From NCBI RefSeq assembly GCF_001194135.2, contig NC_068987.1:91309829-91363390 (forward strand): a DNA stretch of 53,562 nt, given 5' to 3'. Of the stretch, positions 13,008 through 25,569 are shown piece by piece. The notes below the pieces were generated by a model that did no database searches, was not told the origin of the DNA, and saw only the letters and a program-made list of their open reading frames with translations. The DNA is from Octopus bimaculoides. Taxonomy: Eukaryota. The position numbers and the translations under genes were made by a program. Every line of letters starts with the position of its first letter. Positions within the stretch are counted from its first letter, which is position 1.

Positions 13008-13429
13008 CACACACACACTCACACGTAGAAATAGACATACAAACGTACACACACAAACAATACTTACATATCTATATGTATATTTATGTCTATTTATATG
13101 TATATTTATGAGCGTGACTTCTCCCTTGTTGAAGTCATACGGGCGCCATCTTGCGTATCTTGGGAATTTTAAGATTGGTGCTGCTTATTCCTCTGCGCTA
13201 ACACGCACAAAAATGAATACGGAAAAAACGTTTAACTCCAACTTAGAAATGTGCTGACCAACTAACCTTTGCACCTACGACATACATCAGCCGGTAGACA
13301 TTCTATTATGTCTATTTAATCCAAAGCAAAAAGGAGTATTATAAGAATAGATACACACGCAAAGACTGTGTGCTACCCAAATATATGCTAGTAGTAGTAA
13401 TAATAGTAATAAAAAAGTACGTTTCTGCC

Positions 13430-14074
13430 AAGAGGCCACCATATCCTCCATACTAGCTCCATCTCTTCAGTGTTCTTCAGGGTTGGGGAAATAGAGTTTG
13501 GATGTTGAGTGTGCTTCTAGGTTTCATCAGAGGGTCTAGAGCCGATACATACAAGAGTCATTTACTAATAGGTACAGTATATTTTTCTTATTAAAGAGGG
13601 CATAAGAAGAATAGGAGCAAGACTTAGTGTGAGTGGAGTAAAACTTAGTAAAATGGATTAGCTATAGGAAAGAGAAATAAGTCAAAGACTTCAAGTGTTG
13701 CCTTCCAAGATTCATGCTATTTTCTCCAGTGGTGGATAGGTAGGTATATTCGTTCTAAGGATGATTTTTTTAGGAAAGGTAAACTTATGCAGTGGTTCTT
13801 ATTTTGTTTACATATAAATACACGTTATGTTTGTGTTTACAGTGGTGGCTTTGAAAGTATGGTTCATGTTTCAGAGGTGGAAGTTTATATGTAGGATGCC
13901 AGTTGGTAATGACGAGAGTATGGCACCAGATGGTGACTAAAGCACGGTTTTCGTGATCTTTTCGATCAACAAGTCCCTGAATCCCTCTGTATAATGGGTT
14001 GGTGGTTATGGTCAGTCATGCAATCTAATTGGTCAGCTATTCTTTAAAAACCTCCATTTTAAAAGATGGCCGTA

Positions 14075-14080
<6 letters not shown>
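13430..14080 (-). mobile_element. Degraded interspersed repeat, possibly a non-LTR or Penelope-like remnant ending at (TA)n
   Basis: Complex ~650 bp segment abutting (TA)n at 14080; no intact ORF or diagnostic motif; class not resolved. Confidence 0.3.
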
Positions 14081-14117
<37 letters not shown>

Positions 14118-14123
<6 letters not shown>

Positions 14124-14268
14124 TATGTTACATACAAAAATAAGAGGATTGACCAGCAAAAGTGGACTCTTATATGCTAGAAATAGATGATTCGGCATCT
14201 ATTTCTAGCATACAGGAGTCCACTTTTGCTAGTCATTCCTCTTATTTTTGTATGTAATATAATTTTAA
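14118..14268. repeat. Foldback inverted repeat (~72 bp arms, 6-nt loop); MITE-like hairpin
   Basis: Left arm ttacatacaaaaataagaggattgaccagcaaaagtggactcttatatgctagaaatagatg pairs with right arm catctatttctagcatacaggagtccacttttgctagtcattcctcttatttttgtatgtaa with only a few mismatches; loop attcgg at 14190-14195. Confidence 0.92.
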
Positions 14269-14716
14269 TCTTCGGATTTTTTTAATATGCTAGACCACTG
14301 GTTTCAATTGATTAATATCAATTTCTACCCTTATTAATATAATTTATGTTAAATATGTTCGGGTAAAAATATTGTAGAATGCTATACCATGCTATTCCAC
14401 AGTTATTGGCTACCTGGTGTCATCATACAGGGGAAATGATTCTGTTACTGGATATACATCAGGAATTCCACACTACCCGTTTATATAAATAGTTAATTGA
14501 TAGAAGATGGAACGAACGACATTATTTGAAATAACTACAATAGTTTCGACACATCTTGGCACCTGTAGGACATTAATGAGATGTGCATTTTGCACCTTGT
14601 TTACACAAACGATTGTAATGGTTTTACATATAAAATTTCATTTTCTATCATTTCTCTCTCTTTCTCTCTGTCTCTGTCTGTCTTTCTGTCTGTCTCTGTC
14701 TGTCTTTCTGTCTGTC

Positions 14717-14801
<85 letters not shown>

Positions 14802-14824
14802 CTCTATATATACACCTGCTTTAG

Positions 14825-14950
14825 TTACTTGACTATGGCAATGCTGAAACACCGCATTGAAAGGTTTTAGTCGAAAATATCGACCCCGGGACTTATTTCT
14901 GAAGCTTAGTACTCATTCTATCAGACTCTTTGGCCGAACCGCTAAGAGTT
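14825..14950 (-). mobile_element. SINE family A 3' tail fragment
   Basis: Reverse complement of the 16500-16610 tail (tcgaccccgggacttatt..ttctatc..gccgaaccgctaag). Confidence 0.75.
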
Positions 14951-15465
14951 CGCCAACCAACATTCTTTTGTGAATCCCAAAAATTCAACATCAAGGCCCA
15001 AAGCTGACACACCTGAATAGACACAGATGATTTCAAAGTTGCACACGCAAAAATGAACTGTGAAATACAACATAACACCTATTTTAATGAACAGAAACAC
15101 TGTATAACAGCTTTCATTTAGAATTTTTCCGTTATTGGTGGAGTCAACAACAACAAACAAGGTGATTCATTTGTAGAGAGAGAGAGAGATACCATTTAAT
15201 ATACACAGTATTTAAATTGGAGATTAGCATTAGTTTCATGCTGTAAAAAGAGTATCGTTAGACATGATTGTATAGGTGAGCCTGAAAGATTGATAGAGAA
15301 CGCATGTCGAGCTATACACGCTTGTCTGACAATCGTACTTTCGTTTCATGAAACTATTACTAGCTCGAATATTAAATCCTGTATACATACATGCATACAT
15401 ACATACATACATACATACATACATACATACACACATACACACATACACACATACATACATACGTA

Positions 15466-15548
<83 letters not shown>

Positions 15549-15802
15549 GCTGTTAATACTCGGTTTCCAAAGGAGAAAAAGTACAATTTAAATTCTCAGT
15601 AGAATGAGTAGAGAAAATGAATTTATTTATTGATTAAAAAATATAATTGACTTCGTCAGTTTTGATTCTATTTCTTCCTTAAAGGATTCGTTTCATGAGT
15701 GTCTTTGACATTGAAGTGTTTTGTCCAAGAAGAAGAGTTTTGCTTTGTCTGTCTGTTTGTCTGTCGCACTGTGCCTGTCGTTCTCTGTCTCTGTCTCCTT
15801 CA

Positions 15803-15873
<71 letters not shown>

Positions 15874-16337
15874 TTGTCTGTCTGTCTGTCTGTCTGTCTG
15901 TATGCCTGTCTATCTATCGATTTGCCTGTCTATTTCTCTCTTTTTCTCCCTCTCTATCTCTTTCACTCTCTCTCGTTCTCCTTCTGTCTGTCTGCCTGTC
16001 TTTTGCTTATCTGCCTGTCTGTCTGTCTGTCTCCTCTCTCTCTATATATATATACATATATATATANNNNNNNNNNNNNNNNNNNNNNNNNNNNNNNNNN
16101 NNNNNNNNNNNNNNNNNNNNNNNNNNNNNNNNNNNNNNNNNNNNNNNNNNNNNNNNNNNNNNNNNNNNNNNNNNNNNNNNNNNNNNNNNNNNNNNNNNNN
16201 NNNNNNNNNNNNNNNNNNNNNNNNNNNNNNNNNNNNNNNNNNNNNNNNNNNNNNNNNNNNNNNNNNNNNNNNNNNNNNNNNNNNNNNNNNNNNNNNNNNN
16301 NNNNNNNNNNNNNNNNNNNNNNNNNNNNNNNNNNNNN

Positions 16338-16640
16338 GACCAAAGCCTTGTGAGTGGATTTGGTAGACGGAAACTGAAAGAAGCTTGTCGTATATATGTA
16401 TATATATATATATGTATGGGTGTGTATATGTTTGTGTCTGTGTTTGTCCCCCAACATCGCTTGACAACCGATGGTGGTGTGTTTACGTCCCCGTAACTTA
16501 GCGGTTCGGCAAAAAGAGACCGATAGAATAAGTACTAGGCATCCAAAGAATAAGTCCTGGGGTCGATTTGCTCGACTAAAGGCGGTGCTCCAGCATGGCC
16601 GCAGTCAAATGACTGAAACAAGTAAAAGAGTAAAAGAGAG
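16338..16640 (+). mobile_element. SINE family A (head lost in the N gap)
   Basis: gaccaaagccttgtgagtggatttggtagacggaaactgaaagaag, internal TA/GT tract, tail ..gctccagcatggccgcagtcaaatgactgaaacaagtaaaagagtaaaagag. Confidence 0.85.
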
Positions 16641-16977
16641 TAAAGAGTATATATATATGTGTGTGCATGCGCGCGTGCGTGTGTTTGTGTGTGTATGTGT
16701 GTGTGCTTGCATATTTCGTATCTATATTTGAATAAATTGTGTATAATACATATGCATATACATACATGCACAAATATATATCTAGCATTCCATTATACTT
16801 CCAGTAATCCCAACAACAACGACAACAGCTAGTTATAACAAATGGCTACAGTAAACAACAGCGGCAACATCAACAACAGTTAGAAAAACTACACCACAAT
16901 ACTACGTTACAATAAACAGCACAACAACAACAAAAACAAACAGAAAGGAGAACATTTTCCGCAAACAAAAAACTTAC

Positions 16978-17050
16978 CAAAACAGCTGCGTTCGTAGAAT
17001 TACAAGTCAAATGCGAACTTAAGTGTAGCGGACAACAAAAATTGTAACTG
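16978..17050 (-). other. Candidate spliced exon of an unidentified gene
   Basis: Minus strand: pyrimidine-rich tract, TAG/CAG tandem acceptor, then a G|GTAAGT donor at 16977. Only one frame is open (SYNFCCPLHLSSHLTCNSTNAAVL); no homology recognised. Confidence 0.3.
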
Positions 17051-17799
17051 CTATTAGTAAATAGATCAGAAAGTATAGAAACAAAAGTCTATCAGTCACT
17101 CACTCAGTCGAAATAGATATGATTTTAAGTTTTGTCTATTATCAAAAAAATAATAAAAGAACGAATCACTGTATATTTCCTATTTCTGGTATTTATGCCA
17201 GACCATAATAGATTGCTTGTGACAGCAGACACTCGAGCTACCCAGCTTAAATTATTGTTTTTGAAATGATAGTAAAAAAAAAAAATGAAGAGAAAAAAAT
17301 ATCATATGTATTGAATGTTAGTAAACTGTGATGGTGAAATAAGATAAATTAACGGGCAAAGTATCCGTCTGAAATTGATGTTTAGTTTCGTTGTTTAGTC
17401 CTGGGTCAGCTCTGATCATCGACCACTATTACCTGCATTATCATTCTCATCCTCCTCCTCCTCCTCCTCCTCCTCCTCCTCNNNNNNNNNNNNNNNNNNN
17501 NNNNNNNNNNNNNNNNNNNNNNNNNNNNNNNNNNNNNNNNNNNNNNNNNNNNNNNNNNNNNNNNNNNNNNNNNNNNNNNNNNNNNNNNNNNNNNNNNNNN
17601 NNNNNNNNNNNNNNNNNNNNNNNNNNNNNNNNNNNNNNNNNNNNNNNNNNNNNNNNNNNNNNNNNNNNNNNNNNNNNNNNNNNNNNNNNNNNNNNNNNNN
17701 NNNNNNNNNNNNNNNNNNNNNNNNNNNNNNNNNNNNNNNNNNNNNNNNNNNNNNNNNNNNNNNNNNNNNNNNNNNNNNNNNNNNNNNNNNNNNNNNNNN

Positions 17800-17824
<25 letters not shown>

Positions 17825-17831
<7 letters not shown>

Positions 17832-18008
17832 GCGATTTTCTTCCTCCGTCTTCCTTTCCTTTGGACTTCCCTCTAGTTCTGAAGAAGAGCAATGCTCGAA
17901 ACGTTAAATCCTCTTTCCTTCCTTTCCTGAGCATCTGATAATACAGTACTTGTACCAACTCCTCGCGTTATTGTTTATTCTTGTTTGATCTTCTTTGTTT
18001 GGATTCAC
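17825..18008 (+). mobile_element. Penelope-like terminal repeat fragment between (TA)n and (CA)n
   Basis: Pyrimidine-rich flanks around a hammerhead core; same architecture as 2945-3140 and 35230-35370. Confidence 0.55.
17874..17910 (+). ncRNA. Minimal type I hammerhead ribozyme motif (Penelope-type)
   Basis: tagtt-CTGAAGA-A-GAGC-aat-GCTC-GAAA-CGT-T-aaat: intact CUGANGA and GAAA boxes, extra A after A9, perfect 4-bp stem II, palindromic loopless stem III (ACGU). Stem I is weak (3 of 4 pairs). Confidence 0.65.
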
Positions 18009-18494
18009 TACACACACACACACATACACACACATACACCCCCCTCACACCCCCACACCCACACACATATAGAATGTACATTGCTTTCTAGTGACGGTAG
18101 GATGTGATTTGAAGGAGATTTGTCGCTATTTCTAACTGTTCGGCTGACCTATTAGAAAGAAACCTTCCTTGTTGACAAAGTGCTGTAATACGAGGATTTT
18201 GGCATAATTCTATGGTAAACGTGGCGCTATCAATAGTTCTTCGTCTGATTCTCAAAAGTTCATTCAATGTCACTTGTCCCATATATGTATTTGTATATAT
18301 ATTTATGTCTTGTTTATATATGTCTGTAGCCATGTACCTCCGTCTGTATGTTTACTATATATATATATACATTATAGATGGTTTGGTAGGTGTATATACT
18401 GCTAAATGTATATATAATCTAGCGTGGAAATTTTTTAAAACGAACATATCTTTTAATCTATTAATTGATTAATATTTTACAGCTGATTATACAT

Positions 18495-18574
18495 ACACTT
18501 GCAGTGGCCCATGCAGTGAACCCAGAACCATGTGGCTGGTAAGCAAGCTACTTACCACACAGTCACTCCTGTGC

Positions 18575-18575
<1 letters not shown>
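18495..18575 (-). mobile_element. SINE family A tRNA-derived head
   Basis: Minus strand reads taggcacaggagtgactgtgtggtaagtagcttgcttaccagccacatggttctgggttcac, with A- and B-box-like motifs. Confidence 0.75.
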
Positions 18576-18639
<64 letters not shown>

Positions 18640-19153
18640 GTGATGTATATTGTATGTGGTGATTGACGATTTAAAGTCTATTTCTCAGCATATTGGCATA
18701 AATATTTTTCTTTTGCCCTTATTTATAATTGTTTATAATTTTCACCTTTAAAGTTAATTTAATATGATGGCTACTTGAAATTTTGGGGAAAATTTTTATC
18801 CTATATTAGAAGTATNNNNNNNNNNNNNNNNNNNNNNNNNNNNNNNNNNNNNNNNNNNNNNNNNNNNNNNNNNNNNNNNNNNNNNNNNNNNNNNNNNNNN
18901 NNNNNNNNNNNNNNNNNNNNNNNNNNNNNNNNNNNNNNNNNNNNNNNNNNNNNNNNNNNNNNNNNNNNNNNNNNNNNNNNNNGAGATGTAAATATATGTA
19001 TCTACATAGGTTTGTGTATATACATATATTCATATACAAGTATTTATTTACAGATATATTACACATAAATCTTTGTGTATAAATATATATGAATATATTT
19101 ATATATATATGTACAGATACACAGACACAGACACACACACACCGAAGACAAGA

Positions 19154-19205
<52 letters not shown>

Positions 19206-19815
19206 CATCCACCCCCACAAATTTCATACAAGATTTCCACTTGTGACAATAGAAGACTGAAATCTATTAAATATATAACCGTAATTCGTCTTCATATCTA
19301 AAGTAATTCTATTATCTAAAATATATCTAAACCATAAATTGCTACTCTAAGACCAACACAATTCCTATGAGGCACAATACACTGACTAATATATACGTAT
19401 AGTGTAGAATAGATTATAGAGTGTGTTGCTTCGATTTATATAAAATAGTAAACATGAACGGATATAATCTCTTCCCTATCTATAGGAAATTATTTCTTAT
19501 CTATAGGAAATAAATTAGTCTTTAGATCATGTTTCACAACGATTTATATAATTCACCTGCTTTATTGCAGGTCTTTATGTTTTAGATATTTTATATATAA
19601 AAAAGTAACAGGTCTTATTGTAGTTATTTTGTAATTATTTTCTATCTATAGGAGTCTTCTTAATCGTTGAATGTGGCAACTATATTCTGGCAATTTCACT
19701 TTTCAGTTGGTAGATTACCAATTCTATCGAGCTTTTTTTAAAAAAATTTATATTTAATAAACATTTCCTTACTTCACTTAAAACGCTCGCTCTTTCTCTT
19801 ATATTTTCTTCATCC

Positions 19816-19817
<2 letters not shown>

Positions 19818-19883
<66 letters not shown>

Positions 19884-19976
19884 CTGTCTGTCTGTCTGTC
19901 TATCTGTCTGTCCGTCCGTCTGTCTGTATGTCTGTCTTCTGTCTTTCCGTCCGTCTGTCCGTCTGTCTGTCCATCT

Positions 19977-20007
<31 letters not shown>

Positions 20008-20086
20008 CGTCCGTCCGTCTACCTACCTACCTACCTACCTACCTACCTACCTACCTACCTACCTACCGACCTACCTACCTACCTAC

Positions 20087-20148
<62 letters not shown>

Positions 20149-20150
20149 GT
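19818..20150. repeat. Compound tetranucleotide microsatellite (TATC)n-(TGTC/CGTC)n-(TACC)n-(TATC)n
   Basis: Direct inspection. Confidence 0.95.
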
Positions 20151-21111
20151 GTTGTATGTCTTATATGTCTTATAGGCATATGTCCATGTACGCCTGTTTA
20201 TATATANNNNNNNNNNNNNNNNNNNNNNNNNNNNNNNNNNNNNNNNNNNNNNNNNNNNNNNNNNNNNNNNNNNNNNNNNNNNNNNNNNNNNNNNNNNNNN
20301 NNNNNNNNNNNNNNNNNNNNNNNNNNNNNNNNNNNNNNNNNNNNNNNNNNNNNNNNNNNNNNNNNNNNNNNNNNNNNNNNNNNNNNNNNNNNNNNNNNNN
20401 NNNNNNNNNNNNNNNNNNNNNNNNNNNNNNNNNNNNNNNNNNNNNNNNNNNNNNNNNNNNNNNNNNNNNNNNNNNNNNNNNNNNNNNATATATATATATA
20501 TATACGTATATGTATATAATATTCACGTATGTGTGTATTTATGGATATATATTTATGCGCACAAACACACACACACATATATACGTCTCGAAATTATCTT
20601 TTTACCTATTACCATTATTTTTACTCCGTCCCCCCCGTCCTCCCCTTCACTATCACTGCCATCACATTCTGTCCACTACAATAATATTGATTTTTGCATC
20701 TATCAAAACATACAGTCAAACCATTTCCTGAAATACAAGAACTACCAATATTAAATGCAGTTCTCTTCGCTTCCATCTCCTCATATGATCATTAGCTATT
20801 ACCGCTTTTGCTCTGACCCCTATGAAACAAGATCTTTTTACACACCTCGAGTTGTAGCTGTCGGTTCCAATTTTTTCGATAACACATTTTCGCCAATAAT
20901 ATGTCTAAGGATAACTGGAATTGACATTTTTACTCAGGTGCTATCGGCACGTTCTTATTAACACTAAAGCTTGTAGTTCCGATATATCATCTGGAATGCT
21001 CCGATTGGCCATTCTTGGTCTTTCTATTTCTTTATTTCATTATTTATTTCTTCTTACATCTATTACACCTTCATTCCTTTGCTTTCTCTTCCTTCCTACC
21101 TTCCTTCCCAC

Positions 21112-21194
<83 letters not shown>

Positions 21195-21238
21195 TCGTTT
21201 TCTATTTCTTTTTCTTTCGATTTTTCTCACTCTCCTTT

Positions 21239-21297
<59 letters not shown>

Positions 21298-21917
21298 CAA
21301 CCCTCTCTCACGTTACTATTTCTTCAATTTTCCACATTTTCCCTTATTCCATCATTTTCTACCATTTCTCTGACAGTCCTTTTCACCCATTTCTTTTTAG
21401 ATCCAATTTATTCCTACAATATTCCATCTCTTAACTCTGTCATCATGACAATATTAATCGCAACTCTTCTTCTTCTTCTTCTTCTTCTTCTTCTTCTTCT
21501 TCTTCTTCTTCTTCTTCTTCTTCTTCTTCTTGTCGTCGTCGTCGCCATCGTCGTCCTCCTCCTCCTCCTCCTCCTCCTCCTNNNNNNNNNNNNNNNNNNN
21601 NNNNNNNNNNNNNNNNNNNNNNNNNNNNNNNNNNNNNNNNNNNNNNNNNNNNNNNNNNNNNNNNNNNNNNNNNNNNNNNNNNNNNNNNNNNNNNNNNNNN
21701 NNNNNNNNNNNNNNNNNNNNNNNNNNNNNNNNNNNNNNNNNNNNNNNNNNNNNNNNNNNNNNNNNNNNNNNNNNNNNNNNNNNNNNNNNNNNNNNNNNNN
21801 NNNNNNNNNNNNNNNNNNNNNNNNNNNNNNNNNNNNNNNNNNNNNNNNNNNNNNNNNNNNNNNNNNNNNNNNNNNNNNNNNNNNNNNNNNNNNNNNNNNN
21901 NNNNNNNNNNNNNNNNT

Positions 21918-22800
21918 TCATTCTTCCGAGGTCCATGCAATAAGTACCAGTTGCGTACTGGCGTCGATGTAATTGACAAACCCTTCCCCGATAAGCTGTG
22001 AAGTTTTTTTGCCTATAAAAGAAACAATGTTTTAGCCCCAGGAAAAAGGCGGCGAGCAGAGAGAAATGTTAGAATTCCGGATAAAATGTTTAGCAGCATT
22101 TCTTCCGTCTTTACGGTCTCTGTTCAAATCACACTGAGGACGAGTTTGTCTTTTATTCTTTCGGGGTCGATAAAATAAGTATCAGTCGTGAAGTGGGGGT
22201 CGATGTAATAGTCTAGCGCACCACACCCCCAAAATTTCTGGTCTTGTGTCGAACAAAATGTTTAGCGTTTTTTTCTTCCGACTCTTTATGCTAAGGTCAG
22301 CTTCGTCCTTCATCCTTTTGGGGTCGATAAAATAAATTAACAGTTGGGTGGGTGGGTGGTGGGCAATGAAATTGAGTTAAACCCTCAACCGGTACTTATT
22401 TTATCGACCCCGAAAGGATGAAAGACAATGTCGACCTCGGTGGCATTTGTATTCAGAACAGAGAAACGGACGAAATACTGCTAAGCATTTTATCCGGAAT
22501 GCTAATGATTCTGTCAGGTCGTCGCCTTAATGGTTTCAAATTTTAATGTCTTCAAATTTTAATGGTTTTAAGTTTTAATGGTTTCAATTTTTAGAACAGG
22601 ACTAGCAATTTCGGTGGGAGGGGCTAAGTCGATTACATCGACTCCAGTACACAACTGGTACTTATTTCATCCGATTGGATGAAAGGTAAAGTCGACTCCG
22701 GTGGAATTTTAACCCGGAATGTAAAAGACGGACGAAACGCCGCTAAGCCTTTTGCCCGACGTGCTAACGATTCTGCAAGCTCCCCACCTTCGCTGCCTTG
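21918..22800. mobile_element. Cluster of five SINE family B (Nin-like) copies: three on + (21918-22390) and two on - (22390-22530, 22575-22800)
   Basis: Repeated core cctttcggggtcgataaaataagtacc and its reverse complement ggtacttattttatcgaccccgaaagg. Confidence 0.8.
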
Positions 22801-22802
22801 AT

Positions 22803-22844
<42 letters not shown>

Positions 22845-23664
22845 AATAATGATAATAATATAGCCAGGCTTGACTCCTTGCATAAACAAAGAGTTCAGCG
22901 CTGCATTCCTCACTGCACTATCGCAGATATTTTTATAGGAATAGAAAAAAATAGAATTCAATATATGTATANNNNNNNNNNNNNNNNNNNNNNNNNNNNN
23001 NNNNNNNNNNNNNNNNNNNNNNNNNNNNNNNNNNNNNNNNNNNNNNNNNNNNNNNNNNNNNNNNNNNNNNNNNNNNNNNNNNNNNNNNNNNNNNNNNNNN
23101 NNNNNNNNNNNNNNNNNNNNNNNNNNNNNNNNNNNNNNNNNNNNNNNNNNNNNNNNNNNNNNNNNNNNNNNNNNNNNNNNNNNNNNNNNNNNNNNNNNNN
23201 NNNNNNNNNNNNNNNNNNNNNNNNNNNNNNNNNNNNNNNNNNNNNNNNNNNNNNNNNNNNNNNNNNNNNNNNNNNNNNNNNNNNNNNNNNNNNNNNNNNN
23301 NNNNNNNNNNNNNNNNNNNNNNNNNNNNNNNNNNNNNNNNNNNNNNNNNNNNNNNNNNNNNNNNNNNNNNNNNNNNNNNNNNNNNNNNNNNNNNNNNNNN
23401 NNNNNNNNNNNNNNNNNNNNNNNNNNNNNNNNNNNNNNNNNNNNNNNNNNNNNNNNNNNNNNNNNNNNNNNNNNNNNNNNNNNNNNNNNNNNNNNNNNNN
23501 NNNNNNNNNNNNNNNNNNNNNNNNNNNNNNNNNNNNNNNNNNNNNNNNNNNNNNNNNNNNNNNNNNNNNNNNNNNNNNNNNNNNNNNNNNNNNNNNNNNN
23601 NNNNNNNNNNNNNNNNNNNNNNNNNNNNNNNNNNNNNNNNNNNNNATATATATATATATATATA

Positions 23665-23935
23665 CCGTTCGTTTTTACTGTCTTGTTCTCACTGTCCTGT
23701 TCTTGTTAACACTTTCACCCTCCGCAAAAAAACAATTTTTATTTAATTTGCTTTGTCCTTACCTTCGAAACGCTGAGTAGATGAAATAGGGACAACTGAA
23801 GAAGGGGTATATTCTTTATGTTGCATGGCTCGTTTCTCTGTTTTTTTTCGTTGTTCGAAAAAAGTTCGTTTTCTATGTTTTCGTTTCTCATTGTGTTTAA
23901 CGTTTTTTTGATGTCCTGTACCCATATATGCATGT
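23665..23935 (+). repeat. (TA)n-associated interspersed repeat, family shared with 27825-28150
   Basis: Shared motifs ccctccgcaaaa, caact(g/a)a.gaaggg..attctttat, ttcgttgttcgaaa, and cc(c)a(c/t)atatgcat-(TA)n end. Confidence 0.55.
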
Positions 23936-23969
23936 ATATATACATATATATGTAGGTATGTACATATAT

Positions 23970-24547
23970 GTATGTATATATGCATGTTCAGCATTGTTCT
24001 ACTTCACTGTGTGTGTAGATTAATGTGTATGTATGTTGAGCAGAGCAGATTTACAGTGTAGGAAGTAGAGAAAGTTTAATGTTTGTTTCGTGTGATCAAC
24101 AGGAAAAGTTAGGTCTGATATTTAAATAGTTTCTGATTAAACATCCATCTTAGATTTACTGATAGCGCATTCACATAAATAAACGATCAGAATGGGTCAA
24201 AAACAAAAGAGAAAACATCGGAAAAAGCAAATAATTTACCTTAATTGCTAGAAANNNNNNNNNNNNNNNNNNNNNNNNNNNNNNNNNNNNNNNNNNNNNN
24301 NNNNNNNNNNNNNNNNNNNNNNNNNNNNNNNNNNNNNNNNNNNNNNNNNNNNNNNNNNNNNNNNNNNNNNNNNNNNNNNNNNNNNNNNNNNNNNNNNNNN
24401 NNNNNNNNNNNNNNNNNNNNNNNNNNNNNNNNNNNNNNNNNNNNNNNNNNNNNNNNNNNNNNNNNNNNNNNNNNNNNNNNNNNNNNNNNNNNNNNNNNNN
24501 NNNNNNNNNNNNNNNNNNNNNNNNNNNNNNNNNNNNNNNNNNNNNNN

Positions 24548-24586
<39 letters not shown>

Positions 24587-24871
24587 ATATGTATATATGC
24601 ATGTTCAGCATTGTTCTACTTCACTGTGTGTGTAGATTAATGTGTATGTATGTTGAGCAGAGCAGATTTACAGTGTAGGAAGTAGAGAAAGTTTAATGTT
24701 TGTTTCGTGTGATCAACAGGAAAAGTTAGGTCTGATATTTAAATAGTTTCTGATTAAACATCCATCTTAGATTTACTGATAGCGCATTCACATAAATAAA
24801 CGATCAGAATGGGTCAAAAACAAAAGAGAAAACATCGGAAAAAGCAAATAATTTACCTTAATTGCTAGAAA
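23970..24871. repeat. Identical ~285 bp direct duplication across an N gap (23970-24254 and 24587-24871)
   Basis: Sequences look base-identical at offset 617; the first copy ends exactly at the gap, so this is probably an assembly overlap artefact. Confidence 0.85.
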
Positions 24872-25569
24872 GCTTAGAGTGACATTTCATTTTATAATCT
24901 GATCCAACATGGAAGATGTAAGCAAGATCTTGACTGTTTTTGCTGATTCAATGTCATGATTAGTACAGAGAGAATATTACTGAAAAAGTCAGCAAAATGC
25001 ATTTAATGTATTTTCCCCCGAAGCAATTAAATTCTAGCTAGACATATTTATTTAGTTTTTCTCTTTCTGTTTCAAATAAAATATTTAAAAACAAAAGATA
25101 TTAGTATGGACGTGGAACCTTTTTTATTTATTATATTCTATTCATCAATTTCATATATGTTTATTGTTTTATTTTAATTCCTTTTAATGATGGTAAAGTC
25201 GCTAAAAAACCAGCCCTGATTAATTATATTACTCTAAAATTCAGAGATTCATCATTCTGTGTAAAATTTTCGCAAAAGTCGATTTCTTTCTTTCATTAGA
25301 ACCGTGGACTGGTAAAAGTAATTATAAGCAGGATATAAGGATTAAGATAATCGATTGTAATCTCTGGAACTGACTTGAAAATTTAGTATAATTTCTGCAA
25401 TGAACGAAATAAATATGGTTACTGTTTCGAACTCTGCCACTTATTGTAACACTTTGATCTGATCAAATTCTTTGAATTACTTGGCTGATGCTGGTTGGCA
25501 GAACTTTCTAGGCCTTAGTTACAACCACAAAACTGCTATAGCTGGCTCAACAATCATTTTATATTCTCA

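Noticed and set aside
15695-16496. Long ORFs spanning N runs and microsatellites (also the many HT/CV/YI/LS-repeat ORFs elsewhere)
   Set aside because: Artefacts of stop-free simple repeats and X-translated gaps.
23970-24871. Apparent recent tandem duplication
   Set aside because: Identical copies either side of an N gap, typical of unmerged contig overlap. The same caution applies to 28539-28919, ~35905-36000 and 46620-46850.
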